Source: Lama guanicoe (lineage: Eukaryota). From it: a stretch of DNA of 64,000 nt. Of this stretch, positions 60,905-64,000 are shown piece after piece. The first letter of the stretch is position 1; each line of letters begins with the position of its first letter. A program made the position numbers and the translations under genes. The notes below the pieces were generated by a model that saw only the letters and a program-made list of their open reading frames with translations, had not been told where the DNA came from and did not search any database. Location: NCBI GenBank assembly GCA_013239625.1, contig MU053216.1, positions 1,452,943 to 1,516,942 on the forward strand, in the 5' to 3' direction.

Positions 60905-61330
60905 AGATCTGTTTAGGTTTGGAGCAATAGAAATCTACTCCAGCTATCTCAAAAAATGTACTATACAAGGAGTTTATTATAAGTAATTGGACTTATTATG
61001 AAGACTCCCAAGAATGGAGCAACACGAGGAATTAGAATACTGAACCTCTGCATTCTCGCTCCGGCCCTGTCCTCTGCATTCTCGCTCCGGCCCTGTCCTC
61101 TGCTCTCGTTGTCTGTCTCTCTGCAGAGCTCTTTCCTTGTGCTCATTGGTAAACATTCCCTCCCAGCCCTGCCTCCAGATCACGTCTCATTACACGTGTC
61201 TGACAGATTGACCAGCGTCGTAACTCCAGATCTCTGAGAGAATCTGATTGGCTGTTTGGGAGAGGCGTGACCCTCTAGTCCAATCAGCAGTGAACGGGAA
61301 CTGAGAGGGAAGGGGCACTGCCTTCTGGGT
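60905..61330. mobile_element. Old MLT1-type LTR remnant
   Basis: GCAATAGAAATCTACTCCAGCTATCT...GAGAATCTGATTGGCT...GTCCAATCAGC. Confidence 0.4.
61045..61103. repeat. Perfect 26-bp tandem duplication (2.3 copies)
   Basis: CCTCTGCATTCTCGCTCCGGCCCTGT x2 plus CCTCTGC. Confidence 0.95.
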
Positions 61331-64000
61331 GCAAAACCTGGCCTCGTGGTTGGAATCACCTGGACACGGCAGATTACGTGTGTAGGTCGCACCGTGCTGT
61401 TGGGTGTTTAGAAATGAGACGTAAAAGTAAAAAATCGTCAGCCTACGGGATTAAATAGCTGCTTTTCACCCTGAGCTTGTCGTATTTCTACACCTCTAGC
61501 TTAATTACCGTATAAACCTGAAAATGCGTTAAAGGACACTAATTTCACACAGTGACATCAGACAACTAGACTTAAGCCTCAGGAGTGTGGTTGACTTTTT
61601 CGACAATTACCTACAAAGTTCGGGATTCTTGTTTTTATTCACCAAATTCTTAGCAAGGAGCCTATTAATTTTTGAGTTGGTTTATCACTGTCGCTACGTA
61701 AGATTAAATGCAAGTTAGAGGAAATGACAGGGCTTCTTTTTCCAAACCACCAGATCTGGAAATACAAGACACCCCAATTTTACAAAGAAATTTTTCTTCA
61801 GGAAAATGAAACTTGTCATCACACATGCACTGATCTTGCTTTGCTGTCGGTGCCTTCCTCCCAGGACCCCTGCATCGGTCCCTGGCCTCTGGCCCCCGTT
61901 CCCTTCACCTGCACCCACGGACGGCTGTGCCCCCTGGCCCCCGAGATTTTAGCTGAGGCTGGAGCCCGGCCCCTTCTACCAGGGAAAAAGATCACACATT
62001 GGACATGTTGCTCTAAACACCCAAACCAGTTTTAAATGAGCAAGGGGAGAATGACGGATTGGCTGATTTGTCTGTGTGGTGTGGAATAAGCAAATTCAGG
62101 TTCAGGTGACGACAGATAATCTAGACAATTCTATTTCTGGGTTTGTCTTCCTGAATTAACCAGAGAATTAATACGGCAATGAAAACCCACCATATAATTT
62201 CATCATCTTTCATTTGGTAGATTCGCAGATGAACCACGACTATTTGCTTCTTGTGGGAGCAAATGTTGATCTTGTACTTAACCTGCCTGTGCCGTCACAG
62301 GGCATGGAGGGGTCCTTGTGACTCATGGAGAAAGAATCGGAAAACGGAAGTCAGGATGAAAGTTCCAACCTTTAGAGAATGAGGAGCCTTGGGGTTAACA
62401 TTTTCTTTACCTTGTTTAAATCTCTGGAATGAATCATCATTGATTCACGGCCCAGCTGTTTTATTTCTAAATGGCCGAAATCTTGAATCCTAAATTGTCA
62501 ACAGTATCAAAGAAAAAGTCTTCGAGAAGCCAGTATCCTTTTAGGTCAGTTATTTCTGCATCTCTCCAAAAAGATCGTGCAAAGGGCTAGTGATGTGTGA
62601 TCAGATTTAAAGAGCAAAGCAGTTCACATCATCTCATTTGGGTCTCCTAACCTGCCCCCTGGTTATGCAGAGGAAAGTGCATTGTTGTTCCCATCTCAGA
62701 AATAGAGAAAGTGGCACAAAGCCTTTTTAGAAACCTGGCCCACAGATCGCCGGCAAAACAGGAAGCAAGCCCATGGATTTCTGCTCTGCCTCCCGCGGAC
62801 GGGCGCTCTGCCTTCTTTCCTGTTTCCTGGCTCTCCTGTGTCGAAATGCTTGGTGTGTTCAGCTGGGAAATTCCTTCATTAGAAATCCAGTTGAGTCATC
62901 CTAGCCTTTGGAAGTGATTGTGAAATGACTGATCCTTGTTTTCTGGTTTATGTTGGGGCATTTTAGAGTTGGGTGGTCTGGAAGCTAAAGCAGGAGTGAG
63001 GGTTTACGGAGACCCCCAGGAGATGGGGAAGCCCTGACTCGTCACCAACATCAGCACCACCAACAAACATGCCCCGAGAACCTGCCACGTGCTGAGTCTG
63101 CAGATGCAAGGCCAAAGCAGACAAACCAATAACCACCAAGGGCACACGCGCCGCCCTCAGGGCTGGTAGTGAGGGCCGGGCACAAACACGATGTAGCTGA
63201 CAGCAGAGCTAGCAAGGCTAGGGGTGTGGTGCCCGCCTGTTTCAAATGAAATCCGGGACATGTGGACTAAGAGTGCTCATGGGGATGGAATCTCTTATTT
63301 TACTGCCGATCAGCAACATGGAACTCAGAGGAAAGGGTGATTATTAAGGATCCGGGCTGGTTGGTTAGACTTTGTGGAGGAGGTGCGGCCTGAAAGGGAA
63401 GCCTTCCCAGAACACCGGAGCGCAGACCAGCAGAAAGAAGGCAGGGACGGCACCACAATGGAAGGGCAGATGGCATGCATGTGGGCGTTGGTGTCCTGTT
63501 GGTTGGAACAGAGGGAATGAGTTATTGAGGAATAAACTCGAAGAGCCGTCAGGACCGGGTGGCGGAGAGCCTTGGATTCCGGCTAGGGATGTGCGGCCTT
63601 GTGGGTACTGAGTGGGCTGAGCTTGGACACGTGCAGTTAGGAGGTGATTTCACTTACCACCACTTCCTTGAAACACGCCCCAAATAGGATTTCTCTTCTC
63701 CACCCCTTGAGTTACTTTTGGAGCAGTGCCCATAGTTTTTAGGAAAAACTTAGGGCTTTTATTAAATCTAAATAAATATGCCAATCCTTCATCCAACTTA
63801 AAGCTCCTCCCTTGCCCTCAGCTCAGGCCAGACCCGTGGTTTGGGGCTGGCTGTGGGTGAGGGTCTGATCTGTTCCGCTCCACCTCCTCCCCACCACGGC
63901 CCTTGGCTTCTTTAGGCCTGGAGGTGGCAGTGGAGCAGGGATCAGAGGAACAGAGGCAAAGGCTGTTTCTTACATCTGATCATGCTTTTAATTCTGTCCT

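Noticed and set aside
41800..64000. A neighbouring upstream gene (DDX59 lies upstream in human, from memory)
   Set aside because: No DEAD-box or other recognisable exon was seen in the ORF track; short or non-coding exons cannot be excluded.
1..64000. CRISPR array, operon or other prokaryote-type system
   Set aside because: Mammalian intron and intergenic DNA with no repeat-spacer array or dense ORF clusters.

Overview
Mammalian genomic DNA, most likely camelid, inferred from several copies of a tRNA-derived SINE resembling the alpaca/camel Vic-1 type. The window holds the 5' end of CAMSAP2 on the minus strand: a CpG-island promoter (~39.6-41.6 kb), coding exon 1 (39806-39944), a 16.5 kb intron 1, exon 2 (23076-23335) and at least 23 kb of intron 2; exon 3 was not found. 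The right ~23 kb is upstream intergenic DNA. The rest is old L1/L2/MIR/MaLR/DNA-transposon debris, younger SINE and L1 3' stubs with target-site duplications (TSDs), and one 44-N gap. I see no evidence of a novel multi-gene system. Best leads: (i) a Kozak-context AUG-UGA start-stop uORF plus two tiny uORFs in the CAMSAP2 leader; (ii) a strong AT-to-GC shift in CAMSAP2 codons and old repeats, suggesting GC-biased gene conversion; (iii) a possible relic alternative first exon and internal promoter in intron 2; (iv) a miniature L1 3'-transduction-like insertion. Repeat family names and human comparisons are from memory, not from a search, and most repeat boundaries are approximate.
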